From positions 114,938 to 178,937 of the forward strand of contig JAJRSO010000061.1 of NCBI GenBank assembly GCA_024278755.1: a stretch of 64,000 nt of DNA, written 5' to 3'. The position numbers and the translations under genes were made by a program. The notes under the pieces were generated by a model. That model was not told where the DNA came from. It was given only the letters and a program-made list of their open reading frames with translations, and did no database searches. This DNA is from Calditrichota bacterium (GTDB taxonomy: Bacteria; Calditrichota; Calditrichia; Calditrichales; Calditrichaceae). Below are positions 35,348 to 45,258 of the stretch, in pieces; the first letter of the stretch is position 1, and each line of letters begins with the position of its first letter.

Positions 35348-37972
35348 ATGAAAAAGAACATTCTGTTTTTCTTTTCTATTCTAATTGCCAGTTCTGTATT
35401 TGCACAGGAACAGACCGTTGGTCTTTTTCTAAACACGGTTTCTGCTCAGGAGGGCTATACCTTATTTACTCCCATGCATTCTTCCGAAACCTATTTAATT
35501 GATAATGACGGTTATGTGGTGCATTCCTGGAAAAGTAAATATCCACCGGCCATGACGGCTTATCTGCTGGAAGACGGAAATCTGTTGCGCACGCTTCAGG
35601 TAAGCGACAACGAAAATTTTAATTTTGGCGGTAAAGGCGGCGGGTTTGAACTATTCGACTGGGACAATAATTTGCTGTGGCGCTATTATTATCATGGTAC
35701 GGAACACCGCCAGCATCATGATATCGAACGGTTGCCCAATGGCAATGTACTGGTAGTGGCCTGGGAATATAAAACAAAAGAAGAAGCCATTGCGGCCGGA
35801 CGCGATTCAAGCCTGTTAAAAGACGGCGAGCTATGGCCGGATGAGATAATCGAAGTTGAAAAAGTTTCCGCAGACAGCGGACGCATTGTTTGGGAATGGC
35901 ATTTCTGGGATCATCTGATCCAGGATTTTGATTCCACAAAAGCCAATTACGGGGTTGTAAAAGACCACCCCGAGCTGCTGGATATTAACTATGTTTTAAA
36001 TCCGAACAAGGCCATTGCCGACTGGACACATTTTAATGCCATCGACTATAATCCGCAACTGGATCAGATACTGGTCAGCTCGCACAATACCGACGAAATT
36101 TATATCATTGATCACAGTACAACAACGGCGGAAGCGGCCGGGCATAGCGGCGGCAATTCCGGTAAGGGAGGCGATCTACTCTATCGCTGGGGAAATCCGC
36201 TGGCTTACCGCACCGGAAATGAGACCAATCATATGCTTTTTGGGCAGCATAATGCCCATTGGATTGCTCCCGGGCTGGAGGGTGAAGGCCATATATTAAT
36301 ATTCAATAACGGCGGGCAACGCTCGGATATCAGTTATAGTTCGGTAGACGAAATTGTACCGCCCGTAGATGATGCCGGCAACTATATCTTTGCAGATTCC
36401 ATTTACGGGCCGGAAACCCTTTCCTGGACATACAGCGCCGAAAACCCGCAGGATTTTTTCGCAAAATTTATTTCCGGCGCTCAGCGCCAACCCAACGGAA
36501 ATACATTGATCTGCTCGGGTCCTACCGGTAATTTTTTTGAAGTAACCAGGCTCGGAGAAACGGTTTGGAACTATGTTAACCCAGTCGGGACATACGGTCC
36601 TCTGATTCAGGGTGAATCCACGGATAAGGCCGGAAATGCTGTTTTTAGAGCCTACCGTTTTACAAGCGACTATTCCGGCCTGGTCGGGCGGGATTTGACT
36701 CCGGGCGCTCCGCTTGAATTCTATACGCCGCCTTTTATATATCCCATTGTTGACAGCGGACAGGAAAGCTATTTTAACAATACTACTTTAATTCCGCATC
36801 CCGGCGAAGCAGATCCTTTTTTCGGACAGGACGCCATGTATGCCGGCTATCAGGCAGCATACCGTGATTATAAAAACGGAACCGTTTTGGATATGAACAC
36901 GGGACTCACCTGGCAGCAGGCCGAAGACGGACAATTGCGGAATTTACAGGATGCGCTACACTATGCCGATACGTTAACTCTGGACGGCAAAAGCGACTGG
37001 CGTCTGCCTGCTCTGGAAGAACTGCTGACGCTTGTTGATTTTGGACGGGAACAGGTGATGATTGACACCGGCCTTTTTTCGGCATTACCCGAAGATAAGA
37101 AGTCGCTTGAGTACTGGACCGGTTCCCGCGCCGATCAATTAAACGGACGCCCTCTGGCGCTTGATTTCGGTAATGGGCAAACACGGTTTTCCGATGCGGA
37201 TACGCTCTTTTATGTGCGCTGCGTACGCGGACCGCTTTATACCGATTCACTGGGGATTGTCGACGACGGAAGCGTATTAACCGATTCGTCCAGCGGACTG
37301 ACCTGGCAGCATGCGACAGCTCCCGCAGCACTCACCTGGCAGGAAGCGTTGAATTACGCCGAAACACTTACCGACGGGGGCTTTTCGGATTGGCGTCTGC
37401 CCAATGTACGCGAATTGTATAAATTAGCCGAATACTACCACACTTCACCAGATAAAAACAATACTGCGGGAGTGGAAACCTTTTGGAGCAGTACCAGCAA
37501 TACCGCCAATCCCGCTCAGGCTTGGGCCGTGGATTTTAGCGGATACGATTCCCTTAATACTTACCTGGCAGGCAATATTCATCCTCTGTTTAAAACGGCC
37601 ACACAATCGGAAAGCGGAACGGCCCTGGTACGCTGTGTGCGCGGCGGCGGAATCTCCGTTACCGGTATCCGTAAAACAGTTCCTAACCTACCCGCAGATT
37701 TTACACTGGAACAGAATTTTCCCAACCCATTTAACCCGAGTACTACCATCCGTTTCAATCTGAAGCGGAGTTCCGATGTATCTCTCATCGTCTATAATAT
37801 GCTGGGGCAAAAGGTGCGTACGCTGTTAAACGGAAGGGTAAGCGCCGGAAAGCATCAGCTTGTTTGGGACGGCAGAAATGCACAGCGGGCAATGGTGAGC
37901 ACCGGAGTGTATTTTTATCAGTTTAAAAGCGGCCATCGCAGGGTTGTTAAAAAGATGCTGCTTGTGCGCTAA
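35348..37972 (+). CDS. T9SS-secreted multidomain protein: arylsulfotransferase (ASST)-like beta-propeller + DUF1566 (Lcl-like) repeats + Por-secretion C-terminal domain
   Basis: ORF 35312-37972, likely start ATG 35348 (MKKNILFFFSILIASSVFAQ); HHDIERLPNGNVLV and THFNAIDYNP...IYIIDHS; GLTWQ...SDWRLP..EL x2-3; C-terminus NFPNPFNPSTTIRFNL...GVYFYQF. Confidence 0.8.
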   Translation: MKKNILFFFSILIASSVFAQEQTVGLFLNTVSAQEGYTLFTPMHSSETYLIDNDGYVVHSWKSKYPPAMTAYLLEDGNLLRTLQVSDNENFNFGGKGGGFELFDWDNNLLWRYYYHGTEHRQHHDIERLPNGNVLVVAWEYKTKEEAIAAGRDSSLLKDGELWPDEIIEVEKVSADSGRIVWEWHFWDHLIQDFDSTKANYGVVKDHPELLDINYVLNPNKAIADWTHFNAIDYNPQLDQILVSSHNTDEIYIIDHSTTTAEAAGHSGGNSGKGGDLLYRWGNPLAYRTGNETNHMLFGQHNAHWIAPGLEGEGHILIFNNGGQRSDISYSSVDEIVPPVDDAGNYIFADSIYGPETLSWTYSAENPQDFFAKFISGAQRQPNGNTLICSGPTGNFFEVTRLGETVWNYVNPVGTYGPLIQGESTDKAGNAVFRAYRFTSDYSGLVGRDLTPGAPLEFYTPPFIYPIVDSGQESYFNNTTLIPHPGEADPFFGQDAMYAGYQAAYRDYKNGTVLDMNTGLTWQQAEDGQLRNLQDALHYADTLTLDGKSDWRLPALEELLTLVDFGREQVMIDTGLFSALPEDKKSLEYWTGSRADQLNGRPLALDFGNGQTRFSDADTLFYVRCVRGPLYTDSLGIVDDGSVLTDSSSGLTWQHATAPAALTWQEALNYAETLTDGGFSDWRLPNVRELYKLAEYYHTSPDKNNTAGVETFWSSTSNTANPAQAWAVDFSGYDSLNTYLAGNIHPLFKTATQSESGTALVRCVRGGGISVTGIRKTVPNLPADFTLEQNFPNPFNPSTTIRFNLKRSSDVSLIVYNMLGQKVRTLLNGRVSAGKHQLVWDGRNAQRAMVSTGVYFYQFKSGHRRVVKKMLLVR

Positions 37973-38020
37973 ATGCAAGGATTAGAAGCGTTATTTTAAT
38001 ATCACGCCAAATTATACATA

Positions 38021-38049
38021 GATCGTTCCGAAAAGGACGGTCTCTTTTT
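38021..38049 (+). terminator. rho-independent terminator GATCGTTCC-gaaaa-GGACGGTC + TCTTTTT
   Basis: 8-bp stem (one bulge, one G-U) followed by T-tract, 50 nt after stop 37972. Confidence 0.55.
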
Positions 38050-38265
38050 ATTTTCACAACCCCCCCAGGCAAATTGTTCCCACAGGAAGAAACGTTTTAT
38101 TGCGGCGCTAAGCCTTTAGGGGTAAAGGTTTCCTTTAAAAAACTATTTGTAAATCTGATTTTTATATTCATGCATTAGTATCCGGTTAAAAGAAAGCCTA
38201 TCGAAGGAAAAATCAAGTTTGCCAAAGGACTAAAAACATTGAATGTATCGGAGAATTGATTATTC

Positions 38266-38412
38266 CGCCCGGCGTTAATCCACCCGTCCCGATATTCGGA
38301 ATTAGATCAGGAAGGGGAAAGTTCCCGGTCGATCGACCCGGCCCATAACGGGTAACCGGGAAGAGGGGAGGGTAAGATGAGCAACCCGGTTCACCTGGTT
38401 TTCCCTTTTTTG
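38266..38412 (+). ncRNA. candidate structured RNA / leader (GC-rich island in AT-rich spacer), family unknown
   Basis: Several exact helices: CCGGTC-GATC-GAC(C)CGG; AACCGGG...CCCGGTT (7 bp); alternative AACCCGG-ttca-CCTGGTT followed by TTCCCTTTTTT. Confidence 0.25.
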
Positions 38413-38725
38413 GAAAATCTTAGATCTAATCGGACACTATTGCTCAATTTCTAAAGTGAAATATAGGCAATACCAAAATACAAGCGCCAAATAACAAATA
38501 AACACCAAATTCTAAAATTTAAACGTGCATTTACAAGGTAATTTTTGTTTGATATTTATATGCGGTTTTTTTTATTTGAATCTGCTGACTAACTGTCTTC
38601 ACAGGCCCTGCGACTGCCGGACTCTTGAAGGCGTTGGCCCCACATACGACTGCTTTACTTCATCTATAATGTTATCAGTTTTATTCCGCCATCAAAAGTA
38701 GATTCATTTATGTAAAAAGAAATGC

Positions 38726-39811
38726 TCAGATTTTGCTAAAATCGTTTAGTACTTCGCGATGCGACAGCAAATATTGCATCGCCTCGGTTTCACTCATCTG
38801 GCTCAGATAGCGGCGCAATTTCATTGCTTTTGTATAGGCCTCCCGGTTCATTAGCAATTCTTCTTTGCGAGTGCCGGATTCATTGATATTAACCGCGGGG
38901 TACAGCCGTTGCTCGGCACATTTTTTAGATAACCTAAGATCCCAATTACCGGTGCCTTTGAACTCCTGAAAAATGATTTCATCCATACGGCTACCCGTAT
39001 CCACCAAAATGGTGGCGATGACGGATAAGGAACCGCCAAATTCGATATTCCGGGCGGCGCCGAAGAAACGCCGGGGCAATTCCATGGCGTTGGCGCCCAA
39101 TCCGCCGCTGAGCGTGCGTCCGTTATTGGATGCGTCGGAATTAAAAGCCCGCGCCATTCGGGTCAGTGAATCAATAAGCACCAAAACATTTCCGCCGGTT
39201 GCCGCATCATGGATGGCGGCATTCATGGTCATACGCACCTGGCGCAGATGATTGGCGGTGCCCTCGTCCGAAGAAGAATATAAAACATGTGCCTTGTCAA
39301 CAGAACGCCTAAAATCGGTTACTTCCTCCGGACGTTCATCGACTAATAAAATAAAAATTTTTATTTCGGGGTGGTTTTTTCTGACAGCGAGAGCAAAATG
39401 TTTGAGGATGGTGGTCTTCCCTGTTTTGGGAGGGGAAATGACCATTCCCCGCTGTCCCATTCCGGCAGGTACGGCAAAGTTTAATATTTTCCCCAGCGCG
39501 TCACGTTCGTTCAGGCATAAGTTTAACTGTTCTTCCGGATTAATGCTGGTTTGTTCCTTAAACTTTTTTCGTTTACGTACGGCATCCGGTAGGTGTCCGT
39601 TAATTTTATCGATGGACGCTAACTGAATTTTTCCGTCCTTTTGTTTGCTGGTTTTACCTTCGATGTACATTCCTTCTTCGAGGAAAAAATTACGTATCAG
39701 AACCGGCGAAACAAAAACGTCACTGTTGGACGGCCTGAAATTGTTGTTGATATCCCTTAAAAACCCAAACCCTTTCGGAAAGATTTCGAGATATCCGTTT
39801 GTTTGTTCCAA
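38726..39811 (-). CDS. rho: transcription termination factor Rho (short form lacking the N-terminal helix bundle)
   Basis: 361 aa, TTG start with GGAG 6 nt upstream; GFGFLRD RNA-binding OB fold at residue ~13; Walker A PPKTGKTT; LVDERPEEV; FFGAARNIEFGGSL; SGTRKEELL. Confidence 0.95.
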   Translation of the reverse strand: MEQTNGYLEIFPKGFGFLRDINNNFRPSNSDVFVSPVLIRNFFLEEGMYIEGKTSKQKDGKIQLASIDKINGHLPDAVRKRKKFKEQTSINPEEQLNLCLNERDALGKILNFAVPAGMGQRGMVISPPKTGKTTILKHFALAVRKNHPEIKIFILLVDERPEEVTDFRRSVDKAHVLYSSSDEGTANHLRQVRMTMNAAIHDAATGGNVLVLIDSLTRMARAFNSDASNNGRTLSGGLGANAMELPRRFFGAARNIEFGGSLSVIATILVDTGSRMDEIIFQEFKGTGNWDLRLSKKCAEQRLYPAVNINESGTRKEELLMNREAYTKAMKLRRYLSQMSETEAMQYLLSHREVLNDFSKI

Positions 39812-39933
39812 TGATTACTCCAATTGTAATAAGTGATACAGAGAGGCGTTATGCCGGTCAAAAGAGCAGACATCCGTGTCCGGACTGCTTGTACACCTGA
39901 CCCGCGGCGCCGGTCTGCGTTACGGCTTTCTGT

Positions 39934-40893
39934 TTAATCGATCAGCAGTCTGCCGTCTTCCATTATTTTTATATCGTCCACATAAAGGGTCGGTTCCAAA
40001 ACCACACCATCGATATGGACGCCCACATTGCAGGTTCCGCCCATGCCGATATTATTCCCCCAGGCCACATGGATGGTACCCATTACTTTTTCGTCTTCCA
40101 GTATCTGTCCGGTAATGATGGCCTCGTGATTTGTGCCGATGCCCAGCTCGGCTACGGTCATACCTTTCTTACCGAAAGCGCTTAAAGCCTCTTCCAGTTT
40201 TTGCGCCTCTGAACCGCCTTCGAATTTGACGGCAAACCCGTCTATGATAGTTACTTTGAGCGGCGTCCCGTTGATTTTCCCGATAGTGGCAACGGAGGCA
40301 TCGATAAAAAGAACGCCATTGCTTTTACCCTCTTCGGGCATTAAAAAGGATTCGCCGCTGGGCAGATTGCCGCCCATTCCTTTTTCGCGTACCAGGCCGG
40401 TGGATGAAATTGCCCGGATACCGTCGATGGGCATGGTCAGGTCGGATCCTAATTTTGTGGTAATCCGGGCGACCTTTCCCGCATTGAGAATTTCGGTAAT
40501 TTTATCCGTGCGTTCGGCAATTTGGTTATAATCCGCTTTCAGAGTTCGTCCCATCATTTCTTCGGTGATGCCGGGCATAGTAGCGACCCGCGTTCCCACG
40601 CTGCAGGCGTTGCGCCGGGCGTCGGTATGGGTAAGCGATTTGGTGGTAGGGCAAATGACCACATCAAATTGCGCCATTAGTTTGGCCACGCTTTCCGGCG
40701 GCTCCTGGCCGTTTACGGCAGCAGGGGGCATGGTTACCATCAGCGCCTCCTTTGCCAGTTTCTGCCCCACGGTATACAAGGCTTGCCCGATTGTACGTTT
40801 ATTATCGTCGGTGACGATTAGCAAGGTTTCATCTTTTTTTAACGCCATACAGGTATCTAATGCCGTTTTTGCGGCAGATAACAGTGCTTCCAC
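39934..40893 (-). CDS. M29-family aminopeptidase (AmpS/PepS-like)
   Basis: 319 aa; C-terminal IHVAWGNN...GGTCNVGVHIDGV resembles the M29 metal-binding region; family call by eye. Confidence 0.7.
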   Translation of the reverse strand: MEALLSAAKTALDTCMALKKDETLLIVTDDNKRTIGQALYTVGQKLAKEALMVTMPPAAVNGQEPPESVAKLMAQFDVVICPTTKSLTHTDARRNACSVGTRVATMPGITEEMMGRTLKADYNQIAERTDKITEILNAGKVARITTKLGSDLTMPIDGIRAISSTGLVREKGMGGNLPSGESFLMPEEGKSNGVLFIDASVATIGKINGTPLKVTIIDGFAVKFEGGSEAQKLEEALSAFGKKGMTVAELGIGTNHEAIITGQILEDEKVMGTIHVAWGNNIGMGGTCNVGVHIDGVVLEPTLYVDDIKIMEDGRLLID

Positions 40894-41184
40894 AATTACT
40901 CCTCAAGTGCGTTGTTAGGAATTATAAAATTAAAAATAAACAGAATCAGTCTGCTCCGGCTAATCGCTCAAAAAAGCCCTGCCTACTGGTTCGGGAAAAC
41001 AGTACCCGGTACTGCTGTTTAGGTTAGCTAATTTTTTTTTACCACAGATAGTACGAATAAACATAGATTTAAAATAGGTCTGTATTTATTGTGAAACCGG
41101 CGGTTCTGCGTTACCTCAAATTAGATTGAAAAAGAAATGTTTTAATAATATTAGACACGGGAAGACAAATTTATTTTGTCCGGT

Positions 41185-42972
41185 TTAAGGATAAAGCGCG
41201 TCTATTTCATCTTTGTATTTTTCTTCGACCACGTTTCGTTTTACTTTAAGAGAAGGCGTCAATTCACCGCTTTCAATAGTAAACGGGCTGGGGGCAATAT
41301 AAAAATCTTTTATTCGTTCGTATGATGCATACGAAACGGTCAGGCGTTCAATTTCCTGATGGATTAGTTTACGAAGCTTTTCGTGTTTATCAAAATTTAT
41401 CGGTTTTATCAAACCAAATCCTTGTTTTTGGGCCCAATTGGCAACCGCTTCGTCCGAGAGAACCACCACCGCGGTACAGTATTTCCGTTTATCGCCAATC
41501 ATCACCGATTGTTCGATATATTTGCTGAGAATCAGCTCGTTCTCAATGGGTTGCGGCGCCACATTTTTACCACCGGAAGTGACGATGATATTTTTCTTGC
41601 GGTCGGTGATGAACAGAAAGCCTTCCTCGTTTATGTAGCCGATATCTCCCGTGTAAAACCAACCCTCGTTGTCCAGAACATCGGCCGTTGCTTCGGGGTT
41701 TTTATAGTAACCCTGCATCACATGACCGCCGCGGGTCAAAATTTCGCCGTCATCGGCAATTTTCACTTCCTGATTTGGCAGGCAGCGCCCGGCGGAACCG
41801 AACCGAAAATTATCCAGCGTACTCATCGTAATGGCCGGGGAGGTTTCGGTTAATCCGTACCCTTCCAAAATGTACTGTCCGGCAGCCGCAAAAAAAGCGG
41901 CGATTTCCGGAGATAGGGGAGCGCCTCCGCTGACGAAAAAGCGGATGCGTCCGCCCATTTTGGCTTTCAATTTGGAAAAGACCAGCTTGTCGGCGATTTT
42001 TTGTTTAATCCCAAGCGCAACGCCGCTAGGCGCTCCGGCCAGTTTTTTTTGAATAAAGGTACGTCCGGTATCCACGGCCCAATAAAAAATTTTTTGTTTT
42101 ATGGCAGAACCCGAATCGGCGGTGTCCAGAATTTTAGCATACATTTTTTCGTAGAGACGGGGTACGGAAATCATCAGTGTCGGTTTGACTTCGAGGATAT
42201 TTTGCGGCACGGCTTCGATGCTTTCGGCATAGGCGATTTCAATAGTATGATAAACGGCCTGGTAATGCCCGGCCATCCGTTCAAGCACATGGCTGAGCGG
42301 CAAAAAGGAAAGCAGTAAATCGGTATCATAAAAAGTAAATATCTGAGCGGCATTTTCGATATTGGATAAAAAATTATGATGCAGCAACACCGCGCCTTTG
42401 GGCTCGCCGGTTGTGCCGGAGGTGTAAATAATGGTGGCCGGGTCCTGTCGTTTTACGGTTTTTATTTTCTCCTGAATAAGCGCCGGATTTTCTTGTAAAT
42501 CAAGTGCGCCGTTTTGTTCGAATGCGGTAAGGGACGTCCATCCTTGTTGCGCCTGCGTCTCTTTCATGGTGATAAAATGCTGACAAACAGGGAGATTGTT
42601 TTTAATGGTATTTACTTTTTCGGTCTGAATTTCATTTTCGGCAAAAAGAATTTTTGCTTCGGAGTGTTTCAACAGAAAAGCTATTTGCTCCGGCATCAGA
42701 GAAGGGTAAATGGGTACCAGCACCGCGCCGATGGAAATAACGGCGTAATCGATAAGCGCCCATTCCAGGCAATTGTTGGAAAGAACGGCCGCCTTGTCGC
42801 CCGGTTTTAATCCTGTCTTTAGTAAAGCCGCCGCGATACGTTCGGCCTGATCCACGGCCTGTTTGTAGGAAACGGAAATCCATCGGCCGTCTTTTTTAAA
42901 ACGATAACCGGCTTTGTCTGCAACTTGTTCACGTCGGGAAAAAAACATTTCGGCAAGATTTTGGTAACTCAT
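41185..42972 (-). CDS. long-chain acyl-CoA ligase (AMP-binding, FadD-like)
   Basis: 595 aa; IIYTSGTTGEPKG AMP motif, GYGLTETS, GWFYTGD. Confidence 0.9.
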   Translation of the reverse strand: MSYQNLAEMFFSRREQVADKAGYRFKKDGRWISVSYKQAVDQAERIAAALLKTGLKPGDKAAVLSNNCLEWALIDYAVISIGAVLVPIYPSLMPEQIAFLLKHSEAKILFAENEIQTEKVNTIKNNLPVCQHFITMKETQAQQGWTSLTAFEQNGALDLQENPALIQEKIKTVKRQDPATIIYTSGTTGEPKGAVLLHHNFLSNIENAAQIFTFYDTDLLLSFLPLSHVLERMAGHYQAVYHTIEIAYAESIEAVPQNILEVKPTLMISVPRLYEKMYAKILDTADSGSAIKQKIFYWAVDTGRTFIQKKLAGAPSGVALGIKQKIADKLVFSKLKAKMGGRIRFFVSGGAPLSPEIAAFFAAAGQYILEGYGLTETSPAITMSTLDNFRFGSAGRCLPNQEVKIADDGEILTRGGHVMQGYYKNPEATADVLDNEGWFYTGDIGYINEEGFLFITDRKKNIIVTSGGKNVAPQPIENELILSKYIEQSVMIGDKRKYCTAVVVLSDEAVANWAQKQGFGLIKPINFDKHEKLRKLIHQEIERLTVSYASYERIKDFYIAPSPFTIESGELTPSLKVKRNVVEEKYKDEIDALYP

Positions 42973-43338
42973 AGTTTTCCTTTACGCGGTTTGGATGATT
43001 AAGATGCAATATAGTTTTTTTGATAGAAGGGTTCAAGTTAGACGTTTGTTCCGAGCCGGCCGTTCGGGTTACGGGGGGTACTTAATCCTATCCGGATGGG
43101 TTTTATTCCCTGCCCTGTGGGCATGACAAATATTTAAGTTATTCTGCATTTCCCGTTGTTTGTAGCGGGGCTGTTAATATAAAGTTTCGATGGGAGTTCT
43201 CCGGGTACGTTTACAAACATGGTTCTTAAAAAAACGCTTGTTTAATTATTGCAAATTTGTGTAGTTTCTTTCAGATAATCCAAATGTCAAGATGCTAAGG
43301 CCGGGCGTTGGTAGGAGTAAGAGAAGGAGAAAGAGTAG

Positions 43339-43875
43339 GTGAAGCGAATATCATTTTATTTTATACGGGTTATGGTTCTGTTTTTCGTATACAATTGCAG
43401 TCAGCCGTCCGATACGGAAACGGCAGATTTACAAGGCCGCTGGGAAGAAACCTTTGACTGGGTGAGTCCGTGGCCGGGCGCGATTCTTCAGGCGCCGTCG
43501 GATGTCTTTGCCGTGCAGCGAACGTCGGTAGTTATCTTTACGGAAGACAGTCTGACGGTTACTATTTTGCCACAGGCGCCGGATTGGGCTTTGCCGGATT
43601 CAATGGACGCGGATGGAAATTATGTGGATGAGACGGGTTTTACGTTTTCTTCTGCTACAACGTATAAAGGATCCTACTCCGCAACGGAGGATCGCATTAG
43701 CGTTCTGCTTGATGGTAAAACAAAACCGCTGGAATTTGGGTTTTACATTAAAAAGGATGAACTAACCTTAACGACGCTCGGTGTAAAAGATTCGACGGAG
43801 AGCATCGGCCATCCTAATTTTTCGTTTGTCTGGGACTATGGAATGCTTAAACCCATCGGGACTTTTAACCAATAA
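43339..43875 (+). CDS. hypothetical lipoprotein
   Basis: 178 aa, GTG start after AAGGAGAAAGAG; signal peptide ending ...VYNC. Confidence 0.65.
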   Translation: MKRISFYFIRVMVLFFVYNCSQPSDTETADLQGRWEETFDWVSPWPGAILQAPSDVFAVQRTSVVIFTEDSLTVTILPQAPDWALPDSMDADGNYVDETGFTFSSATTYKGSYSATEDRISVLLDGKTKPLEFGFYIKKDELTLTTLGVKDSTESIGHPNFSFVWDYGMLKPIGTFNQ

Positions 43876-43900
43876 CCAAGAACCGATTAACGATTAACGA

Positions 43901-44476
43901 TTGAAGAGGGAAAAGAACACGATGTCAAAAATACCGTATCAGGGAATTAGCCGTAAAACCTATTTTCGCCTTTTAATTATTTCCGGTCTTCTCTCTTTCG
44001 TACTTCTGATTACACTCAATCGTATTGACCTACATTTAAAAACCGACGCCGCTCCGCAGGGTATTATTTCATTTGAACTGGCTTCCAACCCGGATGTTTC
44101 GCAACAGATGATACAATCCTGGGATGGCGCGGCAAAGATGTACGCCGCTTTTAGTCTGGGTATCGATTATCTGTTTATGATTTCCTACGCGCTGTTTTTA
44201 TCACTTTTGTGTATGCTGCTGGCTAATAAGTTTTCCGAAAAACGATTCCATTATAATGCGGGTATTCTGCTCAGTTACGGTTTGTGGCTGGCCGCCGTTT
44301 TGGACGCGGTGGAGAATTTTGCCCTGTTCCGCTTACTGTTCGGAAGTACAAATACCCTCTATTCGGGCCTGGCCGCCGGCTGTGCGGGCGTTAAATTTAT
44401 TTTGGTGCTGCTCGGTTTTCTTTATCTGGCCTGGGGCGGCATTGTGTTGCTGCTTTCCCGTTTGCAGTCAAAATAA
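43901..44476 (+). CDS. hypothetical integral membrane protein (about 5 TM)
   Basis: 191-aa ORF; more likely start ATG 43922 (MSKIPYQ...). Confidence 0.65.
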   Translation: MKREKNTMSKIPYQGISRKTYFRLLIISGLLSFVLLITLNRIDLHLKTDAAPQGIISFELASNPDVSQQMIQSWDGAAKMYAAFSLGIDYLFMISYALFLSLLCMLLANKFSEKRFHYNAGILLSYGLWLAAVLDAVENFALFRLLFGSTNTLYSGLAAGCAGVKFILVLLGFLYLAWGGIVLLLSRLQSK

Positions 44477-44494
44477 AAAGACTCTTTTAATAAA

Positions 44495-44752
44495 ATGGGT
44501 ATGAGCGTATTAAAATATAACGTATTTTATATCCTATTTTTCTTTTTTATCCAGGCTTCTTATTCCCAAATTCTAACGGGAAAAGTTTTTGATAAGGAAG
44601 CGGGTACGGTTTTAAGCAACTGTAATATTTCCGTTTCCGGTACAAACCGGGGCACGATTACAAATGAAGACGGGTTGTATTCTTTGGAAGTCTCCAAAGG
44701 TCTGGGTAAAAATTTTGTATTTTCCGTTAAAATGAGTGAAATTGGGTTGTGA
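44495..44752 (+). pseudogene. remnant of a TonB-dependent receptor/SusC-like gene: signal peptide plus carboxypeptidase-regulatory-like domain only
   Basis: 85 aa; QILTGKVFDKEAGTVLSNCNISVSGTNRGTITNEDGLYSLEV is the CarboxypepD_reg motif normally followed by plug and barrel, which are absent. Confidence 0.5.
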
Positions 44753-44820
44753 TTTGTTTTTATAATATTCGAAGCCAGATTCCAGGATTGGATAAAGGAC
44801 AGGAAAGTAACGAGGTACAC

Positions 44821-45258
44821 TTGAAAAGTATTAAATTTCAAAATATTATAAAATCTTTGCTTCTGTTCGTATCCGTTTTTCTCCTTTTTTCCTGCGGCTC
44901 AACCAAGCACATCCTCAAACCCTTTCACAGCGACGGCTGTAGCTTATTTCCCGATCAAAATTTAATTACGCATAAGGATTGGAGCGACTGCTGTCTGGAA
45001 CATGATATAGCTTACTGGCGGGGCGGCACCAAAGCGCAACGGGTAGCGGCGGATTCTTTGCTGCGGATTTGCGTGCTTAAAAAAACCGGGAGCAAAAAAC
45101 TGGCCGATCTGATGTACAAAGGAGTGCGCATCGGCGGAAGCCCCCATTTTCCCACCTGGTACCGCTGGGGATACGGTTGGAACTATATGCGTGGTTATGC
45201 GCCGCTCACCAGGGAAGAACGATTGATGGTCATTGCAGGATTAAAAGCAATAAAGTAA
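44821..45258 (+). CDS. lipoprotein with phospholipase A2-like CC-x2-HD motif
   Basis: ORF 44749-45258; probable TTG start 44821 (LKSIKFQNIIKSLLLFVSVFLLFSC lipobox); DWSDCCLEHDIAYWRGG resembles the PLA2 CCxxHDxxY catalytic motif. Confidence 0.5.
   Translation: MKSIKFQNIIKSLLLFVSVFLLFSCGSTKHILKPFHSDGCSLFPDQNLITHKDWSDCCLEHDIAYWRGGTKAQRVAADSLLRICVLKKTGSKKLADLMYKGVRIGGSPHFPTWYRWGYGWNYMRGYAPLTREERLMVIAGLKAIK

Noticed and set aside
38290-38400. GC-rich island as RNase P RNA or SRP RNA (GGGGAAAGTTCCCGG resembles GAGGAAAGTCCGGGC; GATCAGGAAGG resembles the SRP domain IV strand)
   Set aside because: The two RNase P-like segments are only about 80 nt apart where a bacterial RNase P RNA needs about 300 nt. 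The SRP AGCA/GGAA symmetric-loop motifs are absent.
43901-44752. ORFs 43901-44476 and 44495-44752 share a frame and are separated by one TAA, a possible fourth interrupted gene
   Set aside because: The second ORF begins with its own signal peptide and an unrelated domain type. Frame sharing has a 1-in-3 chance expectation, so I treat them as separate genes.
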